Below are positions 15,456-25,498 of a DNA stretch of 64,000 nucleotides, in pieces (the first letter of the stretch is position 1; each line of letters opens with the position of its first letter). The position numbers and the translations under genes were made by a program. Origin of the DNA: a virus. The stretch spans positions 1 through 64,000 of the IMG/VR virus record IMGVR_UViG_3300009130_000012; one strand, written 5' to 3'. A model generated the notes under the pieces. It saw nothing but the letters and a program-made list of their open reading frames with translations, ran no database searches and was not told the DNA's origin.

Positions 15456-16907
15456 ATGAGTAATTTAGATAGAATGAAACAATTAATGGGTGTTAAATCT
15501 GATACAATATCCAAAAGTGCTGGAAGTGCTTTAAAAATTATGGAAGGTGCTGACGGTAAAGAGTATGGTATCTTTAAAGAAGGTAAAGAATATTTCTTAA
15601 AATCAACCGAAAAGGGTTCTGATAGTTTTGATTACGTTGATGGTTTGAGACATAAAAGAAATTATGTATACGAATCATTTGCTAAAGCTAATAAACAATT
15701 AGTTAGTAAAATGCATGCTTTAACTGAATCATTGGGTAAAAAGGATGGTATCATTTCTGAATCTAAATTGAAGTTAGATATGGTTAAACCATTAATGACT
15801 GAATCCTCAGAACCATGTCAATGTGGGGGTAACTGTCAGTGTGGTAAAGATAAAAAAGACGAAACTATTTTCGAATCAACTGAAATAGTTGAAGAAATGA
15901 TGTATGAAGCTTTAGAATCTGCAACATCTAAAGACGTACTTAAAATGGTGCAAGAGGTTAGTGAAGAATTGGGTACTGACTGTAATGAATATAAAACACT
16001 TAAAGAATTTGCGTTATCTAATTGTGATTTAAAGAACCTTGATGAAGCGTTAACAGAATCAAAATTACATCAATTAAATAAAACTCTTAGTGAGTTGAAG
16101 ATGGTTGAATATACGTCTGAGGGTGTTTTTGAAATGGCTGAGAAATTAGCTGAAGAAAAGTACAAACTTAAAGTTGATATGCCAGAAGATGAAAAAGAAG
16201 ATGAGGTAGATTTTTCTATGGATTCTGAAGAAGAGATGGGTGATGATGAATTTGGTGGAGAAGCTGAAGCGTCGGATGACAAACCATTTGATGATGAACC
16301 ATTTGATGCTGGTGTAGAGGCTAGTGAAGAAGAAGACCCAAAGAAGTTTATACAGCAATTGGCTGGTAAATTAGGTCAATCATTGAGAGAATATACTGGA
16401 AGTTTAGAAGAGCCAGATTTTGATTTAGAAAAATTCGCAATTAATTCAGTTATTTCAGCAACTAATACTGCTGAGATGTCAGAAGAAGACCAAGAAGATA
16501 TTATCGCTAAGGTTAAGGAAGCTGGAGAAGGTGACGTTAACGGTGAAATGGATTCTGAAGAAGAAGTTGATGGTGACGTAGAATCTGGTGAAGAAACTGT
16601 TGACTCTGAGGAAGAAGTTTCAGATATTAAAGATGAGGAAACTGAAGAAGAAATCGAAGAAGGTTTAGAAAATCCAGAAAAGGCTGACTTAAATAAAGAT
16701 GGTAAATTATCTGATTACGAAAAAACAAGAGGTAAGGCTATCGAAGACGCTATGGATGAAGAATACGAAATCGATGAGTCTATAATTGAGGCTATCGCTA
16801 TGGAGGCTTTAAAGGAAATGGATGAGGTTTACGAGGAAGAAACTGAAGAAAAACTTTTAGATGAAGATGACCATCCAATGAAGAAAGCTTTTAAAATTGA
16901 AAAATAA
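15456..16907 (+). CDS. large acidic protein, probably head-internal or prohead core
   Basis: D/E-rich; many xTES/xSES motifs; CQCGGNCQC; EF-hand-like DLNKDGKLSDYE. Confidence 0.75.
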   Translation: MSNLDRMKQLMGVKSDTISKSAGSALKIMEGADGKEYGIFKEGKEYFLKSTEKGSDSFDYVDGLRHKRNYVYESFAKANKQLVSKMHALTESLGKKDGIISESKLKLDMVKPLMTESSEPCQCGGNCQCGKDKKDETIFESTEIVEEMMYEALESATSKDVLKMVQEVSEELGTDCNEYKTLKEFALSNCDLKNLDEALTESKLHQLNKTLSELKMVEYTSEGVFEMAEKLAEEKYKLKVDMPEDEKEDEVDFSMDSEEEMGDDEFGGEAEASDDKPFDDEPFDAGVEASEEEDPKKFIQQLAGKLGQSLREYTGSLEEPDFDLEKFAINSVISATNTAEMSEEDQEDIIAKVKEAGEGDVNGEMDSEEEVDGDVESGEETVDSEEEVSDIKDEETEEEIEEGLENPEKADLNKDGKLSDYEKTRGKAIEDAMDEEYEIDESIIEAIAMEALKEMDEVYEEETEEKLLDEDDHPMKKAFKIEK

Positions 16908-16910
16908 TTA

Positions 16911-17336
16911 ATGACTGATTTGAAATTAATTTATATAATTGGTTTAGGAGAAAACTGGGAGGGAGAAAGAACCTACCAGTTTCTTTTTACTAAGGGAGAC
17001 CAACTTAGTGTCATTGAAGATTTAAGTGATGGTTGGGGATGGTCTAATTATCCAGCAACTGGTACTCCAGAAAAACCAGAAACCGAATATGTTTATGGTG
17101 TTGGAACAATAAATACCGATAAACCTTTTGAATTAATTCAAGATAGCGATACTTTTTCAGTTTGGGATGCTATGGATGGGGTAACTTCGTTAGCGTGGGA
17201 AGATTTAACCGAATATGATGAGTATCCAGAATTTAGATTATTTTTTAGATACGGTGAATCCGTAGAAGAGATTAAAAAGAAATTATTACGTGTTGATATT
17301 AACCTAGAATACAATGAAGTCAAAAAAGAATTTTAA
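16911..17336 (+). CDS. hypothetical protein
   Basis: 141-aa ORF within the operon. Confidence 0.75.
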   Translation: MTDLKLIYIIGLGENWEGERTYQFLFTKGDQLSVIEDLSDGWGWSNYPATGTPEKPETEYVYGVGTINTDKPFELIQDSDTFSVWDAMDGVTSLAWEDLTEYDEYPEFRLFFRYGESVEEIKKKLLRVDINLEYNEVKKEF

Positions 17337-18774
17337 AGAGGGAAAATACGTAGTTGATGTTGATGACTACGATAAAGTAAAAGATAAGATTGGTGACGAT
17401 GATGTTGTTAAAATTATCGATGAAGTATTTGATGGTAATGAAGTTGTAGAATACGTTGGTGAGATTGGTGGTGAGGAACCATTTAGATACGGTGAATATA
17501 TCTACAAATATGTTTGGGGTAAATATCCAGACGGTAAAGTAGATGTTGCTGTTTACGTTAAAGAGCATGATATGACTTACACTGTTGAGTGGTTCAGAGA
17601 AAACGTAATTAATCCAATAATAAAAAAACAAAATACTCATAGCAAAACAGATGTGGTTGAAATGGTTAAATCTAAAAAGGCTAGTGAGTTTATAAAAGAA
17701 AGCATTAACCCAGAATTAATTAAAAGATACGATGCTGGAGAATACTCGTTAAAAAATAACCCGTCATTACCATCGACACCTAACTATGTTAGTGACATTT
17801 TAAAGGATGGTTTTGATACCGCAGCAAAAAAATTAAAAGCTAGACATGGTTTAGATAAATTAGACTACCCTAAATTAGTTTCGGAAATTGACTCTTGTGT
17901 GACTGAGATTAAAAAGAGCGAACAAAAAAATGGTGAATTACTTTTAGATATAGCTAAAAATTGTATCATGAAAGAATTTGGTATGGATGGTTCTGAGTTA
18001 GATTTAGTTATGGAGTTATGTGAAGAGGTTGATGAATCGAATGACCCTAATGATGCTAAACCTTCTGACTTTAAATATGAAACTTATGAGCAGATTGATG
18101 AGTTAGATACTGAGGTTCATAAAAGAAGAATGATAAATGCACTTAATCAAGGTGGCGCTAAGTCTTTAATGTCATTAGTAACTAAGTGTTATGATGAAAT
18201 TATGGATATCGACCCTAAACTTTGTAAGTTATATTCTGATGTTATGGCTATGGCTGATTATCAGTACTATAAGTCAGACAATATGGAAGAAGGAACTAAA
18301 GGTGGGTCATTATCAATCGATATTAGCGAGTCTAAGCCAAAAATTATTGCTAAGGGTACTATCTTACCGTTTTTAATGAATGAAGCTGTTAAAGGTATAT
18401 TAGAAGTTTTAACACATGGCTCTATTCCGATGGATGAAGCTATTAGAGAATATGTTATTAGTAGAGGTGATTATGGATTAGCTGAAGCTGATGATATCAG
18501 AATCGGAGAATCTCTTTATAATAATCTAACTGGTTTAATTTCAGATGATGACCAAAAATATAAACATTTAGTACTTAAAAAATTAAGTATGTTGCCAGCT
18601 AATGAGTTCCATGATATGATGAGAAACATATTAACCAAAACTTCTAAAGCTGACGATTTTGTTGAGGGTTGTGTTACCGAAATTAAAACACTAATAGGTG
18701 AATTCGAAGAAGGTATTGGTAAACAAAAAGACTTATACTGTGATGAGGATGAGTTAGATAACTTAGAATTCTAA
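17314..18774 (+). CDS. hypothetical protein
   Basis: 486-aa ORF followed by a terminator. Confidence 0.8.
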   Translation: MKSKKNFKEGKYVVDVDDYDKVKDKIGDDDVVKIIDEVFDGNEVVEYVGEIGGEEPFRYGEYIYKYVWGKYPDGKVDVAVYVKEHDMTYTVEWFRENVINPIIKKQNTHSKTDVVEMVKSKKASEFIKESINPELIKRYDAGEYSLKNNPSLPSTPNYVSDILKDGFDTAAKKLKARHGLDKLDYPKLVSEIDSCVTEIKKSEQKNGELLLDIAKNCIMKEFGMDGSELDLVMELCEEVDESNDPNDAKPSDFKYETYEQIDELDTEVHKRRMINALNQGGAKSLMSLVTKCYDEIMDIDPKLCKLYSDVMAMADYQYYKSDNMEEGTKGGSLSIDISESKPKIIAKGTILPFLMNEAVKGILEVLTHGSIPMDEAIREYVISRGDYGLAEADDIRIGESLYNNLTGLISDDDQKYKHLVLKKLSMLPANEFHDMMRNILTKTSKADDFVEGCVTEIKTLIGEFEEGIGKQKDLYCDEDELDNLEF

Positions 18775-18782
18775 AAATAAGC

Positions 18783-18807
18783 AAAGCCCCATTTACGGGG
18801 CTTTTTT
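18783..18807 (+). terminator. intrinsic terminator
   Basis: AAAGCCCC-ATTTAC-GGGGCTTT followed by Ts. Confidence 0.85.
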
Positions 18808-18846
18808 AGTTTAAAAAACTATTTATACTATATAAAATAGTTTTAC

Positions 18847-20604
18847 ATGACTCAAAAAGAAATATTAACGGAATATACCAAAGGTTTAACCGACCCCGTA
18901 TATATTATTGAGAATTACCTAAAAGCATACGATAAGACGCAAAATGGTTATGTACCATTTAAATTGTTTCCAAGACAAGTACACATTATTGATGCTTACA
19001 TGAATCACGATAAGAATATTGTTACAAAACCTAGACAGGCTGGGGTATCTACAACAACTGCAGCGTTCTTATCTTGGAGAGTTGGGTTTGCGTCTAGAAA
19101 AAACCCAGAAAAAATTCTAATCTTAGCCAATAAACAAGCGATGGCTTTCGAATTCTTGGATAAGGTTAGAGAATTCGTGCAACAATTACCTAGGTGGTTG
19201 TGGGGTCCAGATTACTATGGTAGTGAAGAAAACGAAAAGCGTGACATATTTGTAAAGAACTCACAAAAGGAGTTTGAGTTACCCAATAAATGCAGGGTTA
19301 AAGCAGTGGCAACATCTAAGGACGCATTGAGGGGTTACACACCTACATTCTTAGTGTTTGATGAAGCAGCCTTTATCGACAATGGTGCTGAAGTATTTGG
19401 TGCGGCGATGTCATCTATTTCGACTGGGGGTGCGGTATCGTTAATTTCTACACCTAACGGTAACGACGAATTATATTATAATACTTATGACCAAGCAATG
19501 AAGAAGGAGAATAATTTCAACATTGTTGAGATGAGGTGGTATGAAGATTTACGTTACAATAAAGATTTAGAGTGGGTTAAAGATGATGAAAGAATAAAAG
19601 AGTCAGAATATACTTTAGAAGGTTATAAACAAAAAGTTAAAGAAGGTTATAAACCAACTTCATCTTGGTATAGAGATATGTGTAAATCGTTAAACAACGA
19701 TGCTCGTATGATTGCACAAGAATTAGATGTATCCTTTGTAGGTTCTGGTTCAAACGTAATTCATGATGATTACATTAAATTTCATCAAGAATTTAATGTT
19801 AAAGAACCTAAATTTATTGACGGTAATGAAAAAGAATTCTGGATTTGGGAAGAACCTAAAGATGGTCATAAATATATTCTTTCTTGTGACGTAGCTCGTG
19901 GTGATGGTACCGATTATTCGGTGTTTACTATTATCGATTTTACAGATATGGAGCAAGTTATGGAGTATAGAGGTAAAGTGCCACCAGACGTTTTAGCAAT
20001 GCACGTAAAGAAATACGCTGATTTATATGATGCCTATGTGGTTGTTGATAACATTGGTGTTGGCGTATCTACAGTATTAAAGTTGATGGAATTGGGGTGT
20101 AAAAATATGCACTACGATGTTCCAAGTGCTGGAGCAATTAGAGTTGATAGTAGATTAAATAACTTTACTAAAGATGGTAAAACACCTGGGTTCAATGTAT
20201 CAAAAGTAAGATTACCTATGATTCAAGAACTAGAATTCTCTATTCGTGAAAACGTTGTAGCAATTAGGTCTACTAGGATTATTGCTGAAATGAGAACGTT
20301 CATATATAAAAACGGTAGACCAGACCATGTTAAAGGTAAAAATGACGACTGCTTAATCACTTTGGCTATGGCTGTTTGGGTCATACAAAGACATTTTAAA
20401 CAGTTGGAATCTAATGTTAACCAGTCTAAAGCTATGTTAGACTCTTGGGCTTTAAATACTGGTGGTGCGACAAGTAGTTTAACCCCAGAAAATTTAAGTT
20501 ATAATGGTAAAGATTTTGGCACTAGCACTGATGGTTATGTTAGTCGTGGAGGTAATAATATTTCTGACGATGATAACTTATGGGTGTTAGGTGGTATGTT
20601 TTAA
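18847..20604 (+). CDS. terminase large subunit (T4 gp17-like)
   Basis: KPRQAGVST Walker A; LVFDEAAF Walker B; ISTPNG; CDVARGDGTDYS and GKNDD nuclease motifs. Confidence 0.95.
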   Translation: MTQKEILTEYTKGLTDPVYIIENYLKAYDKTQNGYVPFKLFPRQVHIIDAYMNHDKNIVTKPRQAGVSTTTAAFLSWRVGFASRKNPEKILILANKQAMAFEFLDKVREFVQQLPRWLWGPDYYGSEENEKRDIFVKNSQKEFELPNKCRVKAVATSKDALRGYTPTFLVFDEAAFIDNGAEVFGAAMSSISTGGAVSLISTPNGNDELYYNTYDQAMKKENNFNIVEMRWYEDLRYNKDLEWVKDDERIKESEYTLEGYKQKVKEGYKPTSSWYRDMCKSLNNDARMIAQELDVSFVGSGSNVIHDDYIKFHQEFNVKEPKFIDGNEKEFWIWEEPKDGHKYILSCDVARGDGTDYSVFTIIDFTDMEQVMEYRGKVPPDVLAMHVKKYADLYDAYVVVDNIGVGVSTVLKLMELGCKNMHYDVPSAGAIRVDSRLNNFTKDGKTPGFNVSKVRLPMIQELEFSIRENVVAIRSTRIIAEMRTFIYKNGRPDHVKGKNDDCLITLAMAVWVIQRHFKQLESNVNQSKAMLDSWALNTGGATSSLTPENLSYNGKDFGTSTDGYVSRGGNNISDDDNLWVLGGMF

Positions 20605-20617
20605 CTATTTATAAAAT

Positions 20618-20857
20618 ATGAATGATAAAAAATTTGTGCAAAAACCAGGAGGACCTAGATTATATATCTGGTCACCAAAGGGGTATGACCCAACTATCGG
20701 AAAAAATATTGGTAAAGGTGGTGATTTAGCTAATTTTTGTACAGCTTTGGCTGGTGCTAATGGTGAAGATTATATCGTAAAGTATGTTTATGATAAGGAA
20801 TTTGTTAATAACAAAGAAATTAGACTAGCATATGTTGAATGTGGTTACGTCGAATGA
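20618..20857 (+). CDS. hypothetical protein
   Basis: 79-aa ORF between terminase and portal. Confidence 0.7.
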   Translation: MNDKKFVQKPGGPRLYIWSPKGYDPTIGKNIGKGGDLANFCTALAGANGEDYIVKYVYDKEFVNNKEIRLAYVECGYVE

Positions 20858-20906
20858 TTTAAAATCATATTGATATTTATTATATTATAAAGAAACGAAT
20901 TATACA

Positions 20907-22937
20907 ATGGCGAATAGAAATACAATATGGGATAGTTTAACTAGCGTTTTCGACAAAGGTGTTTCAGTACCTAAAGATACTACCTCATCTAGTAATGTCT
21001 ATAATTTAGACGGTGGTGCATATCAAGCTAAAGACCGTGAAGATTACGATGTAACTAAAAGAGAATTACAACAGCAAAAATACCTACAGAGTACTTGGGC
21101 TAAAGTAGATGGTGAATTATATCAAAAAACAATTCATTATGAAACAAGTAGAATAGGTTCATATTCTGATTTTGAAAATATGGAATTTTTTCCAGAGATT
21201 GGTGCAGCATTAGATATTTTTATGGAAGAATCTGTTACCACTAACGGTGATGGAAACCTATTGAATATCTACTCTAATAGTGATAGGGTTAAAAAAATAC
21301 TTACAGATTTATTTGTTAATAGATTAAATATTCACACTAACCTACCTATGTGGACTAGAAATGTAGCTAAATATGGTGATAATTTCATTTATTTGAATCT
21401 ACAAGCAGATAGTGGGGTGGTTGGCGCTAGGCAATTACCTAACTATGAGATAGAAAGGCATGAAGGTGATGCTTATAATATTGTTAGTAGGTACAATGGT
21501 TTATCTGAAGAAGATAAAGAGAATGCTGGAAAAATTAGATATATATGGAAAGGTAGGGATACCGAATTTACTGCATGGCAAATTACTCACTTTAGATTAT
21601 TAGGTGACGATAGAAAATTACCATACGGTACTTCTTTATTGGAAAAGGCTAGAAGAATTTATAAACAATTATTAGTATCAGAAGATGCTATGTTAGTTTA
21701 TAGAGTTACTAGAGCACCAGAAAGAAGAGTCTATAAAATTAATGTTGGTAACATTGACACTAAAGATGTTAATGCGTTTGTAAATAATATTGCTAACAAA
21801 TTTAAACGTAAACCTTTAATTGACCCACAAACAGGTCAAATAGATGTTAAATATAATCAGATGTCTCAAGACCAAGATATTTTCATTCCAGTTAGGAGTG
21901 AAAATGCGTCTACGCCTATAGACACGCTACAAGGTGCGTCTAATTTAGATGCGATAGCAGATATAGAATACTTACAAAATAAATTATTCGCCGCATTACG
22001 TGTTCCAAAACCTTTTTTAGGGTTTGAAGACGCTGCAGGTGAGGGTAAGAACTTAGCTTTGCAAGATATTAGATTTGCTAGAACAATAAATAGGTTACAA
22101 CAATCTATGATTCAAGGATTAAATTCAATTGCTATCATTCACTTATATATGTTAGGTTTTGAGGATGAGTTAGATAATTTCACAATTACTTTAAATAACC
22201 CATCTACTCAAGCTGAGATGCTGAGGCTTGAGCAATTACAAAGTAAGATTTCAGCATATAGGGATGCGGTAGGTGACGCTGGTAACGGATTTGCTACTAT
22301 GTCTATGAGTAGGGCTAGAAAAGAAATCTTAGGAATGAGTGAGGATGAGATTAAACATGATTTACTTGAGCAAAGATTTGAAAAAGCTGCGGCTTCTGAA
22401 TTAGAGAAGACGAGCGAAATAATTAAACGTACTGGTGCATTTGATACGGTGGATAATCTTTACGGTGACCCAGATGCTGAGTACTCTGACGAAAACGCTG
22501 AAGGTGGTGGCGGTGGAGGTGCTGCTGGCGGAGGTGATGACTTCGGAGGTGGCGGTGACTTAGGTGACTTCGGTGCTGAGGAGATAGGTGATGAAGACTT
22601 TGGAGATGAAGAAGGTGGCGAAGATTTCGGTGATGAAGACTTCGGTGGTGAAGACTTTGGTGCTGAGGAGATTACTGATGAGGAAGGAGATTTCGATATT
22701 CCAGAACCAGAAGCTACTGAGGAATCTAAAAAGTCTAATAACGAAAATCTAATTACTGAAATTATAGACATTAAAAAATCTAAAAAACCTAGTGTAAAAC
22801 ATATGAATGCGTTATTAGGTACTATTAAAAACGATAAACCTAAAGAACCAATAAAAATGTGGGATAACAAACGGGTTAAGATTAATGAAAACATAGATAG
22901 TATGATAAAAGGTCTGGACGATAAATTAAATGGATAA
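20907..22937 (+). CDS. portal protein (T4 gp20-like) with acidic low-complexity C-terminus
   Basis: EDAMLVYRVTRAPERRVYKINVGN; IDTLQGASNL..IADIEYLQNKLFAALRVP; DIRFARTINRLQ. Confidence 0.93.
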   Translation: MANRNTIWDSLTSVFDKGVSVPKDTTSSSNVYNLDGGAYQAKDREDYDVTKRELQQQKYLQSTWAKVDGELYQKTIHYETSRIGSYSDFENMEFFPEIGAALDIFMEESVTTNGDGNLLNIYSNSDRVKKILTDLFVNRLNIHTNLPMWTRNVAKYGDNFIYLNLQADSGVVGARQLPNYEIERHEGDAYNIVSRYNGLSEEDKENAGKIRYIWKGRDTEFTAWQITHFRLLGDDRKLPYGTSLLEKARRIYKQLLVSEDAMLVYRVTRAPERRVYKINVGNIDTKDVNAFVNNIANKFKRKPLIDPQTGQIDVKYNQMSQDQDIFIPVRSENASTPIDTLQGASNLDAIADIEYLQNKLFAALRVPKPFLGFEDAAGEGKNLALQDIRFARTINRLQQSMIQGLNSIAIIHLYMLGFEDELDNFTITLNNPSTQAEMLRLEQLQSKISAYRDAVGDAGNGFATMSMSRARKEILGMSEDEIKHDLLEQRFEKAAASELEKTSEIIKRTGAFDTVDNLYGDPDAEYSDENAEGGGGGGAAGGGDDFGGGGDLGDFGAEEIGDEDFGDEEGGEDFGDEDFGGEDFGAEEITDEEGDFDIPEPEATEESKKSNNENLITEIIDIKKSKKPSVKHMNALLGTIKNDKPKEPIKMWDNKRVKINENIDSMIKGLDDKLNG

Positions 22938-22940
22938 AAT

Positions 22941-22976
22941 AAGATGCCTCACAATAAAGTGAGGCATTTTCTTTTT
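22941..22976 (+). terminator. intrinsic terminator
   Basis: ATGCCTCAC-AATAAA-GTGAGGCAT followed by Ts. Confidence 0.8.
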
Positions 22977-23028
22977 ATAAATGATTTTTATCAAATGTAA
23001 TCATATTTATTATATAAAGATTTTCATT

Positions 23029-23793
23029 ATGAAAAATTTCGGAAGATTAAAAGAAACTATTACTAACATTATTGCAGAAAGACACCAAAACGGAGGAATT
23101 AAGGATGATGCGAATGTAAAAAAGTTTTTTAAATTAGTAAAAGAAAATAAAATAATCAGAACACAATATAAATGTTACTCAAATATTGAGAAGCATATTA
23201 CTGAGAGTGCTGCTATAGATATCATCACTTTAAATGGTAATATTGATTTGTTACGAAGTATTTCTTCTAAAGTAGATGAAGCTAATAAAAAGTTAATGTC
23301 TACATTTAACTTAACTGAGGATGATATGGTATCTGAATCTAAAATAGGAGATGCTATCACTAACTTAGTATTCTTAGAAGAAAATTTAATTAATTTAGAC
23401 ACATTAACAGAATCTAAAAAAACTATTTTAGAAAGTTTTAATAAGACTATTAAAGAATCTAAAAGTGATTTACCTAAAGTAGACCAAACTAAATTAATGG
23501 AGGTTGCCATGAATAAGTTCAAAGAGAAGTATGGAGAGAACTTAACGGAAAATCAAATGTTAATGGTTAAAGCTACGATTAGTGAAAAAAAACACTACAA
23601 GGTTGAGGTTCTAGAAAGATTGGTTAAAAAATCTATCATAGAAATTAATGAAGGTTTAAAAACTGATGATATTTCCGTTAAAGAAAAACTTTTAGCTGTT
23701 AAAGAAAGGTTATTAGAAATGACTTACAATGAAGATACTTATATAGAAGATTTAAATAAAGTTGTAGACTTGATAGAAGGGTTTAAAAAATAA
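23029..23793 (+). CDS. hypothetical head-module protein
   Basis: start MKNFGRLK after TATTTAT (23004-23010); several xTES motifs. Confidence 0.75.
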   Translation: MKNFGRLKETITNIIAERHQNGGIKDDANVKKFFKLVKENKIIRTQYKCYSNIEKHITESAAIDIITLNGNIDLLRSISSKVDEANKKLMSTFNLTEDDMVSESKIGDAITNLVFLEENLINLDTLTESKKTILESFNKTIKESKSDLPKVDQTKLMEVAMNKFKEKYGENLTENQMLMVKATISEKKHYKVEVLERLVKKSIIEINEGLKTDDISVKEKLLAVKERLLEMTYNEDTYIEDLNKVVDLIEGFKK

Positions 23794-23799
23794 ATAAGA

Positions 23800-24171
23800 A
23801 TGTCTTCGAAAACACCTAATTGGGAATTAATAGAACACAAGCTTGACGAATTGGCTAAGTCTCGTGAAGAGGATAAGCTGAGGGGTAAGTCTATCGAAAA
23901 AAAGATGGAGGAGTTAATAACCTTAACCACAAACTTCAATGAAATGAAGGATTGGAAAAAAGAGGTTCAAGATGCTGTGTCTCCAAGTGAACTAAAAGAC
24001 ATTAAAGAGTGGAAAAAGCGTGTTGATGAGGTTGCGTCTCCTACACAGTTTAAAATGTTAATGGATGACGTTAGTCAATTAAAGGTGTTTAAAAACCAAG
24101 CGACTACTATTTGGATAGTTGTACAAGCACTTATGGGTATAGTGTTATTCATTAGTGATATTATGGGTTAA
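23800..24171 (+). CDS. coiled-coil protein with C-terminal TM helix (holin/XhlA-like topology)
   Basis: internal repeat MKDWKKEVQDAVSPSEL / IKEWKKRVDEVASPTQF; TM IWIVVQALMGIVLFI. Confidence 0.65.
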   Translation: MSSKTPNWELIEHKLDELAKSREEDKLRGKSIEKKMEELITLTTNFNEMKDWKKEVQDAVSPSELKDIKEWKKRVDEVASPTQFKMLMDDVSQLKVFKNQATTIWIVVQALMGIVLFISDIMG

Positions 24172-24242
24172 AAAAAGAATAAATTACACCTTGTTTTTTT
24201 AGAATTTATGCTTATATTATATAATATAAGCATTTTTTTTAT

Positions 24243-24653
24243 ATGGGACAAGGAAAATTAATAAATTTTTTAAATAATGACAAGTACCGAGTAAAGATGG
24301 GTACAATGGATAAAAAAAACAATAAATCATTTTATGTTAATTTATCCTCTTGGTTAGCACCTAAAAATGATAATATTACTTCTAACTATCATGATAACAT
24401 TAGGGAAGTCGTAAACAATGTTTTATCAAAACACTCTATTAGTAAGTACCATATGTTCGATTTGGATTTGAGAGAGCAAGGTATGAAAAAAAATAAACGT
24501 AGTTTTATGTCTTTAGAAATGACGTTCTTAAATTATAATGGTGATTTTTCGGATAATACATTAAAAAAACAAGTAAACAAATTATGTGATAATATTAATC
24601 ATGAACTTATAGAACATAATAAAGATTTTACATTCCACGCTAAAAAGAATTAA
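24243..24653 (+). CDS. hypothetical protein
   Basis: 136-aa ORF followed by a terminator. Confidence 0.75.
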   Translation: MGQGKLINFLNNDKYRVKMGTMDKKNNKSFYVNLSSWLAPKNDNITSNYHDNIREVVNNVLSKHSISKYHMFDLDLREQGMKKNKRSFMSLEMTFLNYNGDFSDNTLKKQVNKLCDNINHELIEHNKDFTFHAKKN

Positions 24654-24657
24654 TTGT

Positions 24658-24681
24658 AAGCTCCGTAAACGGAGCTTTTTT
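24658..24681 (+). terminator. intrinsic terminator
   Basis: AAGCTCCG-TAAA-CGGAGCTT followed by Ts. Confidence 0.85.
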
Positions 24682-24719
24682 ATTTGTAAAAGATATTTAT
24701 TATTATAAATGTCTTTAAT

Positions 24720-25412
24720 ATGAGTAAGAAAATTATTAAAGCTGGTCAAACTGGTACTGGTATATTAATAGAAAATGATGGATATATTAATCCATTAGAT
24801 AAACGTAATGAGAAATTCATTAACGAGGTTAAAAAAATTGAAGCTGGTGAGACTATAGTTGCTGAACCATTAACCGTAACCGTTGTATTACAAAAATACA
24901 ATGTAGAAAATAGAAACGGTAGAATATACCCTAAAAATCTTTTAGAAAGAGAAGCTAAAAGATATCAAGAAATCATCGACCAAAATTTAGCACTAGGTGA
25001 ACTTAATCATCCAGAAACTTCAGAATTAGATGGTGGTCGTTTATCACATATCATAAAAAGAATTTGGTGGGACAAACAAACTCTTATGGGTGAGATGGAA
25101 ATAATTATGTCACCAGGATTTGTTAATCAAGGGATTATTTCATGTGTTGGTGATACCGTGGCTAACTTAATTAGGAAGGGTATTATGATTGGTGTATCGT
25201 CTAGAGGTATTGGTACACTAAAACAATTAAATGGTAAAAACATTGTACAAGATGATTTTGAATTAATCTGCTGGGATGTAGTGGTTACTCCTAGTACTCC
25301 TGGGTCTTGGATGTTTATGGATGAAAGTGACGCAGCACCCTTTGTTGAGTCCGAATTAAAAGATTCTCCATTAATCACTAATCACTTGGATAATTTTTTA
25401 GGAATAATATAA
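24720..25412 (+). CDS. prohead core protease (T4 gp21-like)
   Basis: NRNGRIYP; ALGELNHP; GVSSRGIG; VQDDFELICWDVVVTPSTPGS. Confidence 0.93.
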   Translation: MSKKIIKAGQTGTGILIENDGYINPLDKRNEKFINEVKKIEAGETIVAEPLTVTVVLQKYNVENRNGRIYPKNLLEREAKRYQEIIDQNLALGELNHPETSELDGGRLSHIIKRIWWDKQTLMGEMEIIMSPGFVNQGIISCVGDTVANLIRKGIMIGVSSRGIGTLKQLNGKNIVQDDFELICWDVVVTPSTPGSWMFMDESDAAPFVESELKDSPLITNHLDNFLGII

Positions 25413-25498
25413 TACTTTTTTAAAAGAAAATAGACTTTTAGTATTATAGCAATATATTTATTAGTTAAGAAATAATATTTTTTCAATAAAAATTTATA

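Noticed and set aside
14102-20604. Intron or intein in thyA or terminase
   Set aside because: Both frames are continuous with no intein terminal motifs. The ~45-aa thyA insert lies in a variable region.
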